Positions 13,671-24,480 of a stretch of DNA of 64,000 bases are shown piece by piece; position 1 is the stretch's first letter, and each line of letters begins with the position of its first letter. The stretch is from Saccostrea cucullata (taxonomy: Eukaryota), in the NCBI RefSeq assembly GCF_032062105.1, contig NW_026928348.1, positions 124,001-188,000 on the forward strand, written 5' to 3'. A model generated the notes under the pieces. It saw nothing but the letters and a program-made list of their open reading frames with translations. It ran no database searches and was not told the origin of the DNA. The translations under genes and the position numbers were made by a program.

Positions 13671-14988
13671 CCCTAACAAAAAAATACTATAGTTAACTAT
13701 AGTTAACTATAGTTTACTATAGTTAACTATAGTGATAACTTTGACACTTTGAAAACTTTGATTTACTATAGTGATAACTTTGACACTTTGAAAAACTTTG
13801 ACGAAAACTTTGACACTTTGAAAAACTTTGGCGAAAACTTTGACACTTTGAAAAAGAAAACTTTGACACTTTGAAAAACTTTGACGAAAACTTTGACACT
13901 TTGAAAAACTTTGGCGAAAACTTTGACACTTTGAAAAACTTTGACGAAAACTTTGACACTTTGAAAAACTTTGGCAAAAACTTTGACACTTTGAAAAACT
14001 TTGACGAAAACTTTGACACTTTGAAAAACTTTGGCGAAAACTTTGATACTTTGAAAAACTTTGGCAAAAACTTTGACACTTTGAAAAACTTTGGCGAAAA
14101 CTTTGACACTTTGAAAAACTTTGACGAAAACTTTGATACTTTGAAAAACTTTGGCGAAAACTTTGACACTTTGAAAAACTTTGGCGAAAACTTTGACACT
14201 TTGAAAAACTTTGATGAAAACTTTGATACTTTGAAAAACTTTGGCGAAAACTTTCATACTTTAAAAAACTTTATCGAAATTTTGGATACTTCAAAAAACT
14301 TAATCGAAAACTTGGATACTTAGAAAAACTTTATCGAAAAATTGGATGCTTTAAAACTTTGAAAAAGTTTATTGAAAACTTGTAACACTTTATCAAAAAC
14401 TTCGAAAATTTAAAAAACTTTATCGAAAACTTTGACACTTTGAAAAACTTTATCGAAAACTTGTAACACTTTATCAAAAACTTCGAAAATTTAAAAAACT
14501 TTATCGAAAACTTGGATACTTTACTACATAGAAAAACTTAATCGCCAACTTTGACACTTTAAAAACTTTATCAAAAACTTTGAAAATTTAAAAAACTTTA
14601 TCAAAAACTTGAGATGCTTTGAAAAACTTTATCTAAAAGTTTGATACTTTGAAAAACTTTATCGAAAATTCTGATACTTTGAAAAACTTTGGCGAAAACT
14701 TTGACACTTTGAAAAACTTTGGCGAAAACTTTGACACTTTGAAAAACTTTGGCGAAAACTTTGACACTTTGAAAAACTTTGGCGAAAACTTTGACACTTT
14801 GAAAAACTTTGGCGAAAACTTTGACACTTTGAAAAACTTTGGCGAAAACTTTGACACTTTGAAAAACTTTGGCGAAAACTTTGACACTTTGAAAAACTTT
14901 GACGAAAACTTTGACACTTTGATTTACTATAGTTAACTATAGTAAACTATAGTTAACTATAGTTAACTATAGTATTTTTTTGTTAGGG
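13671..14988. mobile_element. Non-autonomous CMC/EnSpm-like TIR element carrying a 30-bp minisatellite
   Basis: aa|CCCTAACAAAAAAATACTATAG...CTATAGTATTTTTTTGTTAGGG|aa. The ~60-bp TIRs are built from palindromic actatagtta units, with a probable 2-bp TSD. Interior is (ctttgacactttgaaaaactttggcgaaaa)n. Confidence 0.8.
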
Positions 14989-15537
14989 AACGTACAATGT
15001 ATCAATCGATCATAAAAGACATTACACTGATGACTCTCATTCAATGAAAAAGTGTCAGTCTTGATTATAAAATATTCAGTTTATACTCATATTTAGAAAG
15101 GCTCAAAATTAAACCATTAATTTTTTTTTAATATTTACTTTTGGTTTAACATAGTTTAGTCTCATCTCTAGCTGACAAAAACTCTCCTCCATTAAAGTGA
15201 ATATTAAGCATATTACTAAGTGCACTTTCAAAGCAATGTCAAAACATGTTTTGGAAATGAAAAAAAAATTAAGAAAATTAGATATGAATTTGAAAAAAAA
15301 ATAACAGAATAACGTTTTTTTTAGCTAATTAAGCACGATGTTATCAAAGTTCATTATCGGCATAAGGTTTTTAAGGCAACTTTTTGATTTGCAGGGTACC
15401 CTAGAAAAAAATATCTGTGAACTCATTATATCTGTATTCAAACTTTTTTTATAACATGCATATATTATCTTTATCCTATATATGATTACTTCCTTAATTT
15501 CAGAACACTGCAAAATAAAATGGAGTATCGCTAAATC

Positions 15538-16185
15538 ATGGGTCAGTCAAGCTCATTCAAGAGTGTGGTCTTGAATGTTATTGTCAGATGTCTGCTGGAG
15601 GTTGCAGATTTAATACTAGATTGGGATTTCTTCATTGAAGTAAATAAAAAAGACGAAGACAGCATCATCAATGTTAAATGGGCAATCTTAGCGTTTGCAA
15701 TCTTTGGTACTGTCATGTTTCTCACAAATTTGATTGCGTTTTGCGTTAGGGTCTACACTAAAAGAAAAGAGGAGGTAATTTCAGATGAATTCTACGAAGG
15801 TGCAAAGACAGCCTTATCCATCATCTCAGGCATTTGTACGTGGATGGAAGATCTTCCACAGATATTGCTGGCTGTTGTTGTGGCAGTTAAAACAACAGAC
15901 CTGATCTCCGATGTACAATTAGTGAAAGCCTGGTATGCTTTGGTGGAAGCATTATTGCAAATTGCTTTGAACTTCAAAGAACTTCAACTGTGTTCTAGTG
16001 AAAGACCAGTGGGTTGCAAACGTGGGCTCGTAGTCTTTAATCTCATAGGATCTATTCTCATACTTTTTGTCACTGTTTTTTTACTGACAGAACTTCATCA
16101 GGATAACTTTAAGGAAATTACCATGAAGACCACAAATTATACAACCTCCCCAAATATCGAGAATATGACTTCCTTGTTTATCTAA
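15538..16185 (+). CDS. Small multi-pass membrane protein with XK-like motifs, paralogue 1 (215 aa)
   Basis: Motifs LEVADLILDWDFF and WMEDLPQILLAV; 4-5 hydrophobic segments; N-glycosylation sequons in a Thr-rich tail; acceptor-like tttcag just upstream (~15503). Homologous to three other ORFs in the window. Confidence 0.85.
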   Translation: MGQSSSFKSVVLNVIVRCLLEVADLILDWDFFIEVNKKDEDSIINVKWAILAFAIFGTVMFLTNLIAFCVRVYTKRKEEVISDEFYEGAKTALSIISGICTWMEDLPQILLAVVVAVKTTDLISDVQLVKAWYALVEALLQIALNFKELQLCSSERPVGCKRGLVVFNLIGSILILFVTVFLLTELHQDNFKEITMKTTNYTTSPNIENMTSLFI

Positions 16186-16223
16186 AGCCCAGTGAAAAAG
16201 TGTATTGTAGTCAAGTTCAACTA

Positions 16224-16434
16224 CTGTAGAAGTACTTTTTTCCGCGTGGTATTAATTTACACTATGTATGCGGGAACAAATTTTCCGCGGAAATTGTCCT
16301 GGCGTACTTAATATAAAATTAATGTAAGGCATATAGTAACAGGCTAAGAAATCCGCGTAATTTTCTACCCGCGGATTAAACAGAAATTGAGATTCCGCGG
16401 AATTATGACCCCGCGGAAAAAAGTACGTCTACAG
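16224..16434. mobile_element. TA-flanked MITE (Tc1/mariner-like)
   Basis: ta|CTGTAGAAGTACTTTTTTCCGCG...CGCGGAAAAAAGTACGTCTACAG|ta. Confidence 0.8.
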
Positions 16435-16499
16435 TAATTTCAAATTCATCATCTACATAAGGTCTTTTTTGATTTATACATTTTTTAGCAAAAGAAAAC

Positions 16500-19390
16500 A
16501 TTCATCATGCAGTTCATTTAACCACTGGACAATTGCAATACCATGGCCCTAATTTTTACGTTGTGTTATACTGGTTGAAGATACCAGACCAGTTAACAAA
16601 ATTGTTAAATTGTTATTCATAAGAAAAAGAAGGATGTGGGAAAACTTCTGAACAAAAAGGACTACATGTAATAGTGTTTGGAAAATTCAGTGTTATTTTA
16701 GAGATGTAAAGACGATATAGAGACGATGGTGAAATCAAACAAATTCTGCTGCCGGAAATTCTTAAAGACAAAGTGTTGGAAAGTGTGCATGACCACGCAA
16801 AACATCAAGGTGTGGAAAGTACATTGGCATTACAACGGAAAAAAGGCGTTCCTGGTTACGTTACGAATGACTCAGGATGTTCAGAAGTGGTTGAAAGTTG
16901 CACGATTGCAAAGCACCGATGCCAAGAGCCAGGACGCCAATTGGGAGTCTCATTACATCTCGTCCCATGAAGATACATTCTATTCGAAAAGTCAACAGAT
17001 GGCCGGGAAAACGTGTTTATCAATGTGAACATGGGGAAAACGTGGTGATGATACATATACTCTCAAAATTAAACCAGGTAGTACAAACAAGGGACCAGAA
17101 AGCTGTGTCAGTTGTTTAAGAGATTGTTAAGGAATGCTTTGTGTGATGAAACATTTGGAGATAACATACATTACTCAAGATCAAGGTCCATAAAACAATA
17201 CAAAATAGGAGCAGAGCAAACACAGACCTCCGAAACATCATAGTTGGGATCAGGTGCAAAGGAGGAGTGAGCATCCCCTACCGTGATATTGACTACCGCA
17301 CCGTAGACACAGTGACCGGGGGATAAATTTTGAAAGTCATATAATACAAGAATTGTGTAAGATTTATGGTGTAGAGAAATCAAGAACTACCCCCTATCAT
17401 GCTTAAGGTTATGGAAAGTGCATACGATTTAATCCGACTATGCCCGATCAACTACGCACTCACTCCTGAACAGAAGAAGAGATGAACCGAATATCTTCCG
17501 TGGCTTCTTTATCTATAATACCACTTTACTGTGAATATGTCAACTGGATGTTTTCCTTACTTTTCTTTAGCCGTGAACCGATAATTTCCATTGATTTCAT
17601 TCTCGGAACTAATTTAGAGTCGGAGTCTGATGCTTTCTCCACAGACCCATGTACGGGTAAACGTAAGAAAATACTTAGTGAGGCACTACAAAAAGCTGCT
17701 ACAAATATTGAGAATAACGCACAACATAGGAGACAGATTCAGAAGAGGAATACTAAATAGGCAACACTCAAAACTGGCAAAAATGTATCATTGCAAAATC
17801 GTGTGTTGAGGAGAAACAAAGTTGAGGATATATGATCATTCATACCCTACAAGGTTGCAAGGACTGGGGAAAACGTATACTCTATCCAACTTTTAGACGG
17901 GACTGGACAAACGTAAAAGAGGACAGAGATTTAGAATACATGTGATGACATGTCAGAGAGTGATGTTGATGATGTGACTGTGGACATCATAACACAAAAA
18001 ACCCTCCGACAGGAGAAATGTTTGAATCTGATGCTTCTGGCGGATCAAGTGAAGAGAAAGGTGGAGATAAAATTGTACCACGACGTTGAACGCGTTCAAC
18101 TGCGGTAAAACATTCCAATACATTTCATTTACCTAAAATTGCCCTTGTGTCGAGTAAGAAAGTGCTTGTTTCTTCAGCAGAGAGAAAAATTAAGTGAACT
18201 CAGAGATGCCATAGCTAATTTAGGTGCGTCTTTAGAAAAGTTTTTGAGTGCAACGTTAAACCAATTATGGACAAATGTACATGTACAAATGAAATTAGTT
18301 GATTTTAATATTGTAATGAAAACCTGAATTTATTCATATACTAGTTTATTGTAAAGAAAGTCAGCTAAATATTTTGAGTACTCAATATGAGAATCAAGTA
18401 CTGTTCAATAGATTTTTTCTTTATATCGCTGAGGACAGCATTGTTAAGGAGGGGAGATATGTAAGAGGGAGGAAATTCATGGTTTTTTTTTTTTTTTTGT
18501 TATTTGTTTGAAAAAAATAGTGTTTTTTTCGGTTCTTGAACAGGTGCCTTTTCCTCAGGGCAAAGAAACGTTTCAACTAAATTAGCTTGGTTTGTAAACA
18601 TTGCATTATTTTCATTTCTTATAGAAAGAATGTTATATTTTGAAACGTTAAGCTCTGAAATAATTGAAAATATTTTGGTTTCATGTCATATGGTGTATTC
18701 TTTTGCATGCTGGTAATTTCTTGTGCTTTCCTATCTATTTTTGGCAGAAAATTATCAAAATTGAATATTTGCAGTAGAATTTTGTGAAAATTCATTACTC
18801 TTCGATCATTGCGACTAGCATTGTGTATGTAAAAAACAAGTATGCGAAGGTTAAAGGTTGTATGTAAACGTACGTATTTGGAACTTAATTTAAAGATATA
18901 CAGTACTCGTACTGAATTTGTAAAAGGTCTCTCAAATGAAGTCAAAATGTGTTATTTATTTATATGCTAGATTACAGTACTCATGAGGAGGTTAATATAA
19001 TCAAATACGTTTTTCAATACGTAGGTATCTATGTTTGTGAATTTTTATTCTTGAACATATATCAAATATGAGCTAGATGCCATAATACTAATATGCTGTA
19101 AACATTACATATCCCCCTTGCTTAGGGTATGTGTTGGTTTATAGTTATATATGACAGCTGTGTGTATAATTTTTTATGACGTTACTTAATTATGAAATGA
19201 ATAATATAAAGAGTTTATGAATTAAGAGAAAATAATTACTAAATGAAAAGTTTCGTAGTTTTTTAAGCAGAAGATGTTTATATTCGGAGTTGTACAGAAG
19301 TTTTTATTAAACGTATAATAATATTTCAGGAAATATGTCAACTTTTATGTGGAATAAAGAAGCTTGACACAATACAATCATCGTGTTACA
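16500..19390 (+). mobile_element. Decayed Gypsy/Ty3 LTR retrotransposon: integrase, polypurine tract and 3' LTR
   Basis: Integrase fragments KQILLPEILKDKVLESVHDHAKHQGVESTLAL, PIGSLITSRP, TRDQKAVSV and [25 protein letters not shown]. Polypurine tract aaggaggggaga at ~18446-18457 precedes TGTAAG at 18460. LTR end probably ...tgttaCA at 19390 after an AATAAA (alternative end 19109). Confidence 0.8.
17150..17310 (-). mobile_element. Short Penelope-like 3'-end derivative inserted in the Gypsy integrase
   Basis: gggatcaggtgcaaaggaggagtgagcatcccct matches the reverse complement of the 3' segment at ~10920-11050 and ~26630-26710. Confidence 0.6.
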
Positions 19391-20691
19391 ATACACGTAG
19401 TGTTTCTAAAAGTTATATTATCGGCCGGGCTTTTTTTGTCATGTGACAAGTCATACTTGTTTCATACGACTAGGAAGCATATGTTTAATTGTCTACATGT
19501 TTTTACACTTTAACTAGTCAATACGTACTTTTTTACTAATATTTACTAATATAATTGATATGCATGATTATATAATATTTAAATTTACTTTTTGTCATTT
19601 GTTTTGTCCGTATACATGACAATTGTACATAACTAGAGTTTACTTATTCAGCTGTTTATAAAAAGGGATATTAGCTAAGAACAAGTTGCGAATAACCAGA
19701 ATCGTTTTTCTTGTCATTGAAGACAAAAAATTGTATTAGTACATGAGCATGTATCATATAGGAATGTATACGTATTCCATAGAAATCTACGAATTCAAGA
19801 TTTTTGTTGCCTAGTTAATAAATGACGAAAACCAAATTGCTTTATTTTCATTCAACGTTAGAACTTTAAAAGATAATTTATTGCTTCATTATATTTTTTA
19901 CAGTAAGACAAATACAAAAAATACTTCGATGAAAAAAATTATTGAAACATTTTCTGAGAGCAAGAGATATAGTATCTTTCTGTTATTGTTAGTTTTCGAG
20001 CTTCACGGTTTTTATCTATAGCTTGCATGTCACAACCATCGGCGAAAGAAAGAACAATTTATTAACATAACGAATATTTTTAAAGATTTTGATAGACATT
20101 TCTATAACAACAAAACTTCTTTTTCCCATTCCAGGCAATGGAGGTATTCACCTGATTCATCCTGAGTTAAGTATCTCGAATTAAGCACTTCAAAATTGCT
20201 GAAAAAATGTACCTATTCCTTAAAACTATCACAGATGATGGCAATCTGTCTCACTTAATTTTTTGATTAATAATTTAAATTTCATGGAGAAAAAGGAATT
20301 TTCCACCACTCAATTGCGTAATAATTAAGCATGTTTCAAGCCTAGCTTAATTCATTCATTTGTTTTATAAATATTTACTAGGAAAATGTGTTAAATGTAT
20401 CTTCCGTTTCTATTTATATTCAGCAATTCCTATATGTTTCACTGCGTACACTTGCAACATTAGTTTCTTGTTAACGCCCGCTAGTATTGAAATGCACATA
20501 GAACAACTGAAACAAAACAAGGTAAAGATGGATTGCCCATAATAATTCATGATAATCCAGTGATGTAATCTAATATCATTTATACATATTTGCTGCAAAA
20601 TAACATTAATCTCGACTGAGAGAAGTTTACATTCATCTTTGTAAAAATGATACAATTCATGTATTTTTATAATTAGCACACATTAGTGATA

Positions 20692-20995
20692 GTCGCCCGC
20701 TGGCACAGTGGTAACAGTGTTTGCTCTAGGTTCGCAGAGTAAGGACTTGATCCTTACCTCGCGGGTTAGAATCCCAGTGTGGGACGTGGAGACCGATCGT
20801 TCGGATGAGACTTCATGTATAAACTGAAGTCGCAAAAAGTGCTGGTGCGAAAAAGATCCCTCATTCCTCAATAGCCCTGAGTTCCGAGCATAGGTCAAAT
20901 TTTGCAGCTCTCTACCGGAAAGTGGTGGCGGTAGTGTCTCCCCATGTGTGAAAAAATTCTCGAAATGGTAATAAACAACAAACAAAAAACAAAAC
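20692..20995 (+). mobile_element. Near full-length tRNA-headed SINE
   Basis: A-box-like tggcacagtggt, body shared with 31043-31308 (aaagatccctc, ccgagcataggtc), and a (caaa)n tail. Confidence 0.65.
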
Positions 20996-21508
20996 ATGTT
21001 CAATATCAAATATTTCATTCTTTAATTTGTAAGTTGTCAAGCTACATATACATGTACAATGTAACTTTATTGTATACAATATACGCCGTTTTCCCTTCGT
21101 CATTATCAGATAAGCGGAAGAATCGATACACTGACGATTGTGTATAAAAATAATGGCTTAACGAATTTTATGAAACACGTCAGTTAATTTTAAACCATTC
21201 GATAGACTGTGTTTAGAAACAAGGTCATTCTATTAACTTTATAATTTCAAAAACTTTGACTTTAACAAGATTGAAGATACACATGCATCACTAACTTATA
21301 TGTCTGCAAATAAATTTGTATAGTATTTGCGTATTGAATCAAGAGACATTTTTAGATAAATGAAAGAGTCTATCAGGAGGTTGATTTGTCCAATTTCTCC
21401 AAGAATTAACATCACATGTAGTTAATATATCTTGAACGCAATTCAACCATTTGGAATGATAAACATCAGCAACACAAACTTTTTAAGTAATTTTCAAGTT
21501 TTCGAGAA

Positions 21509-21659
21509 ATTTCTCTTGTTTACCTGTTTAAATTTGTTCCCAAAAAACATTCATTCTTGCTTTTATAGAAACTGACATGGATATTTCTCTTGTTTACCTG
21601 TTTAAATTTGTTCCCAAAAAACATTCATTCTTGCTTTTATAGAAACTGACATGGATATT
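21509..21659. repeat. Two-copy tandem duplication, ~74-bp unit
   Basis: atttctcttgtttacctgtttaaatttgttcccaaaaaacattcattcttgcttttatagaaactgacatggat occurs twice in a row. Confidence 0.85.
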
Positions 21660-21950
21660 TTACCAAGTTCGCCATATATACAATACAGTTTGGAGTATAT
21701 TTTTTAACTTTAATATATATTTTAAAAATCTAAGTGTGGTGTTTCAATTATATAATTATTTCATAACCCCATACTTCAGACCCATACAGTAAAATGGGTG
21801 ATATCATTGCATCAATTGAACAATCTCATAAGTTGTGAAGCGAAGATTTCTCAACCCCAGTGTATTCAACTGACAGTATCTTAATGCTTTACCATTTATA
21901 ATTCGTAAAGAAAAAAAAATCATTTTTTCAAAGAAAACTCTTTAAACATT

Positions 21951-24140
21951 TTATCTTTGATAAATAATTTCACTATCAGAATCAAACCTTTGCTTTTGGA
22001 GGATATTGTATACCAGAATGGGTAACAAATAAATTGCAGCATTTGGTCTACCATTATCGACAGTTCGCGAAAAAGATATTCTATAACAATTAAAAGCCTC
22101 CTCGTAGTCTCCATGTTCAAAATAACAATACCCTAAAATGTTAAAATGCCTATATGTGTGTAAAGTAGCATCACACTCATGCACTGCCCTTTCCAATAGA
22201 CTTATATTGTTCTTTTTCTCTGTTGATTTGCTACACAGAACTTTAAGATAAAACAGATACACCGACGGATGAACAAGAAAAACTCTGTCGACGAAGCATT
22301 CAAATTTCAATGCATCAGGCAGAATCGGCAAATCTCCATTTGCAAATATAACATCATGAAAGATCGAAAGGTTTCTAGTTTTCGAAAGCGAGCATCGAGG
22401 AAGTCCTCTCTCTTGTATAAGTGTTTCACCAGAAACACGCATTGATTTGCAATCTGAACACAAACCTGCATATATCAGTGTATCATATTTTTCAGAGGCT
22501 GCATAAATCTTTTTCATAACTTCAAAAGCTTTGTCAGGTTTTTTGAAAGCAACAAAACATGTTGCTACGTACAATTTTCCAGAGATAGCATCAAGGTCAG
22601 AGTTTTCATTCATAAAGTTTATAAGCTTTTGAAACTTTTCATTTGAAAATTGTTTAGCAAATAGCATTTGTTTAGCCAAAATTATGGCAGATCTAATGTG
22701 AATAATTTTTTTCACAGGATTCTTAATGCTAGCATGAACATCTGTTATATATCTGTCATTTTCCTCAAACGATTCAATGTACCGTGCAAGTGTACTAAAA
22801 TCGGCTGGTACTGTTTCAACGTTAACATTTAGCGAGGATGATCGGCCAAAATGAAATAATCTTAATGGTTCTCTAGACTCACGGAAGTCATACGTTATCC
22901 GTGGATCGTGGTCCAGTCTACACTTACGAAGAAATTCCTCCACATTTCCATCGCTCTCTACCCAGGTTGCGTTCAAATCAATGCCTTCAACACACTGCAT
23001 CAAGTACGTTATTATATTTTGAATGATCTCTTCAATAACATTACGAATTGCATCCTTTACTTCCGGATCTTGCAATCTCCACAAAAGGAGATTTTTTCCA
23101 CGGTCTATAAAATGTTTGAGAGTACAGCTCAAAATACAGCATTTTAGGCGAAGCAAACAGTTTCGTACAAATTGAAGAAGGTATTTTGGGTGCCAACAGT
23201 TGTCAATAGTATTTTCTGATTCCCAAAATACAATTGTTTTCATATGGTATGAGCTTAATTCTTCCGGAGCCACTGGGTCTATATATTTATTCAGTAATAC
23301 TTTTAATAAAACATAACCTTGCAGTTGTATGTCGTTAAAACTCCATACAAGTTCTCGCTCCCACAAAAGATAAGAAATCCTCCATTCTACATCTGAATGC
23401 TTGGACATTTTATCTCCAACAGCAACAGCATGGCAGCTTAGTGATTTTATTTTCGCTACCACTTTCTTTGATGGCCATTTAAAGTTTTCTCTATCCCTTA
23501 ACCAATCTTTTCCTTCTGAGGTTTGGCTGCAATATGGGATACCATGTGCAAAGTCTTGTTCTATAACGTCTCCTATTTTACGTTTTACATAGCCCTGTGG
23601 ATCTGTGTTCTTTGCAGTTGCACATGGCCCATGGCGAGATGTTCTTGGAGGCCCTGTTGAGGTTTCTCTCTTCTGAAGAAAGTTTATCCAAAAACTTACG
23701 ACTTTTTCGTTAGAGAGCAGGAATTTTCCATCTTGTTTCTGTTCGAGCATGTCATTTAGAGTTTTGCCATGGTCATCAAAAATCGTTGGTATTGTTTTAT
23801 CTGTTTTTAAAAGAACAAGTTTAACATGCCCTTGAGAGCAGTCACTTGAGTCAACTAAAAATACATGACCTCGAACCATCTTTCCTTCTCCTGGATCGGA
23901 GCAGACATATATGTTAGGTCCCACTATCATTTTGTCAATATCGCTTGTTTTAATATTGGTTCCTTCTGCAGCGCTTCCTCCAAAAAATCTTTGCACTGTC
24001 TGTTTATATCTTGAAAAGTACAAGAATTCTAGAAGAAGAATTGAACACATTTGAGCCTCTGTCTTGCTGCTGCATGTCATAGTGAAAAACATGGAGTTTG
24101 ATAATATTTCAGAAATTTTCTTCATCTCCTCATCTGTTAA
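21951..24140 (-). CDS. cGAS/Mab21-like nucleotidyltransferase (cGLR) with C-terminal TPR-like helices; main exon (724 aa from ATG 24125), upstream exon unresolved
   Basis: Motifs GGSAAEGTNIKTSDIDKM, RHGPC, EQDFAHG, WRISY, LSSYHMKTIVFW and NILGYCYFEHGDYEEAFNCY. Collinear with the 5635-8470 gene. Acceptor ctactttag|LTDEEMKK sits at the same relative position. Confidence 0.9.
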   Translation of the reverse strand, partial: LTDEEMKKISEILSNSMFFTMTCSSKTEAQMCSILLLEFLYFSRYKQTVQRFFGGSAAEGTNIKTSDIDKMIVGPNIYVCSDPGEGKMVRGHVFLVDSSDCSQGHVKLVLLKTDKTIPTIFDDHGKTLNDMLEQKQDGKFLLSNEKVVSFWINFLQKRETSTGPPRTSRHGPCATAKNTDPQGYVKRKIGDVIEQDFAHGIPYCSQTSEGKDWLRDRENFKWPSKKVVAKIKSLSCHAVAVGDKMSKHSDVEWRISYLLWERELVWSFNDIQLQGYVLLKVLLNKYIDPVAPEELSSYHMKTIVFWESENTIDNCWHPKYLLQFVRNCLLRLKCCILSCTLKHFIDRGKNLLLWRLQDPEVKDAIRNVIEEIIQNIITYLMQCVEGIDLNATWVESDGNVEEFLRKCRLDHDPRITYDFRESREPLRLFHFGRSSSLNVNVETVPADFSTLARYIESFEENDRYITDVHASIKNPVKKIIHIRSAIILAKQMLFAKQFSNEKFQKLINFMNENSDLDAISGKLYVATCFVAFKKPDKAFEVMKKIYAASEKYDTLIYAGLCSDCKSMRVSGETLIQERGLPRCSLSKTRNLSIFHDVIFANGDLPILPDALKFECFVDRVFLVHPSVYLFYLKVLCSKSTEKKNNISLLERAVHECDATLHTYRHFNILGYCYFEHGDYEEAFNCYRISFSRTVDNGRPNAAIYLLPILVYNILQKQRFDSDSEIIYQR

Positions 24141-24239
24141 CTAAAGTAGAAGACATAAATTAATTTTATTGCCATAGAAAAAGAAAACAAATTAATAAAA
24201 TTTATTCTTAAATAAACTAAATGGCTCAAACCACAGAGT

Positions 24240-24480
24240 TTGTTTCCTGTTTGTTTGTTGTTAACGCCAAACTGGAGAATTTTTCACTCAAATGGAGACG
24301 CCACCACTCATCGGTGGATAGCTGCAAATTTTGACCTATGTAATGCTCGGCTTTTAAGGCGATAGAGCATACATTGATGGATCTATTTCCAGCATCTACT
24401 GCGATATGTGGCCTAATTTATACGGTCTTCCTAAAGACCAGACTCCATGTTTTACATTGGGATTCAAACCTGCGAAGTAA
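24240..24480 (-). mobile_element. Degenerate SINE copy
   Basis: ttgtttgttgttaacgcc...gagaatttttcactcaaatggagacgccacc is the reverse complement of the SINE 3' end. Confidence 0.6.

Noticed and set aside
13723-14936. Repetitive ORFs (KVSKFSPKFF / KNFGENFDTL) and a CRISPR-like appearance
   Set aside because: These are translations of a stop-free 30-bp minisatellite inside a TIR element. There are no unique spacers and no cas genes.
15538-16185. Membrane proteins as STING homologues
   Set aside because: There is no room or motif for the C-terminal cyclic-dinucleotide-binding domain.
16726-17760. Short ORFs as host genes
   Set aside because: They are frameshifted fragments of a Gypsy integrase.
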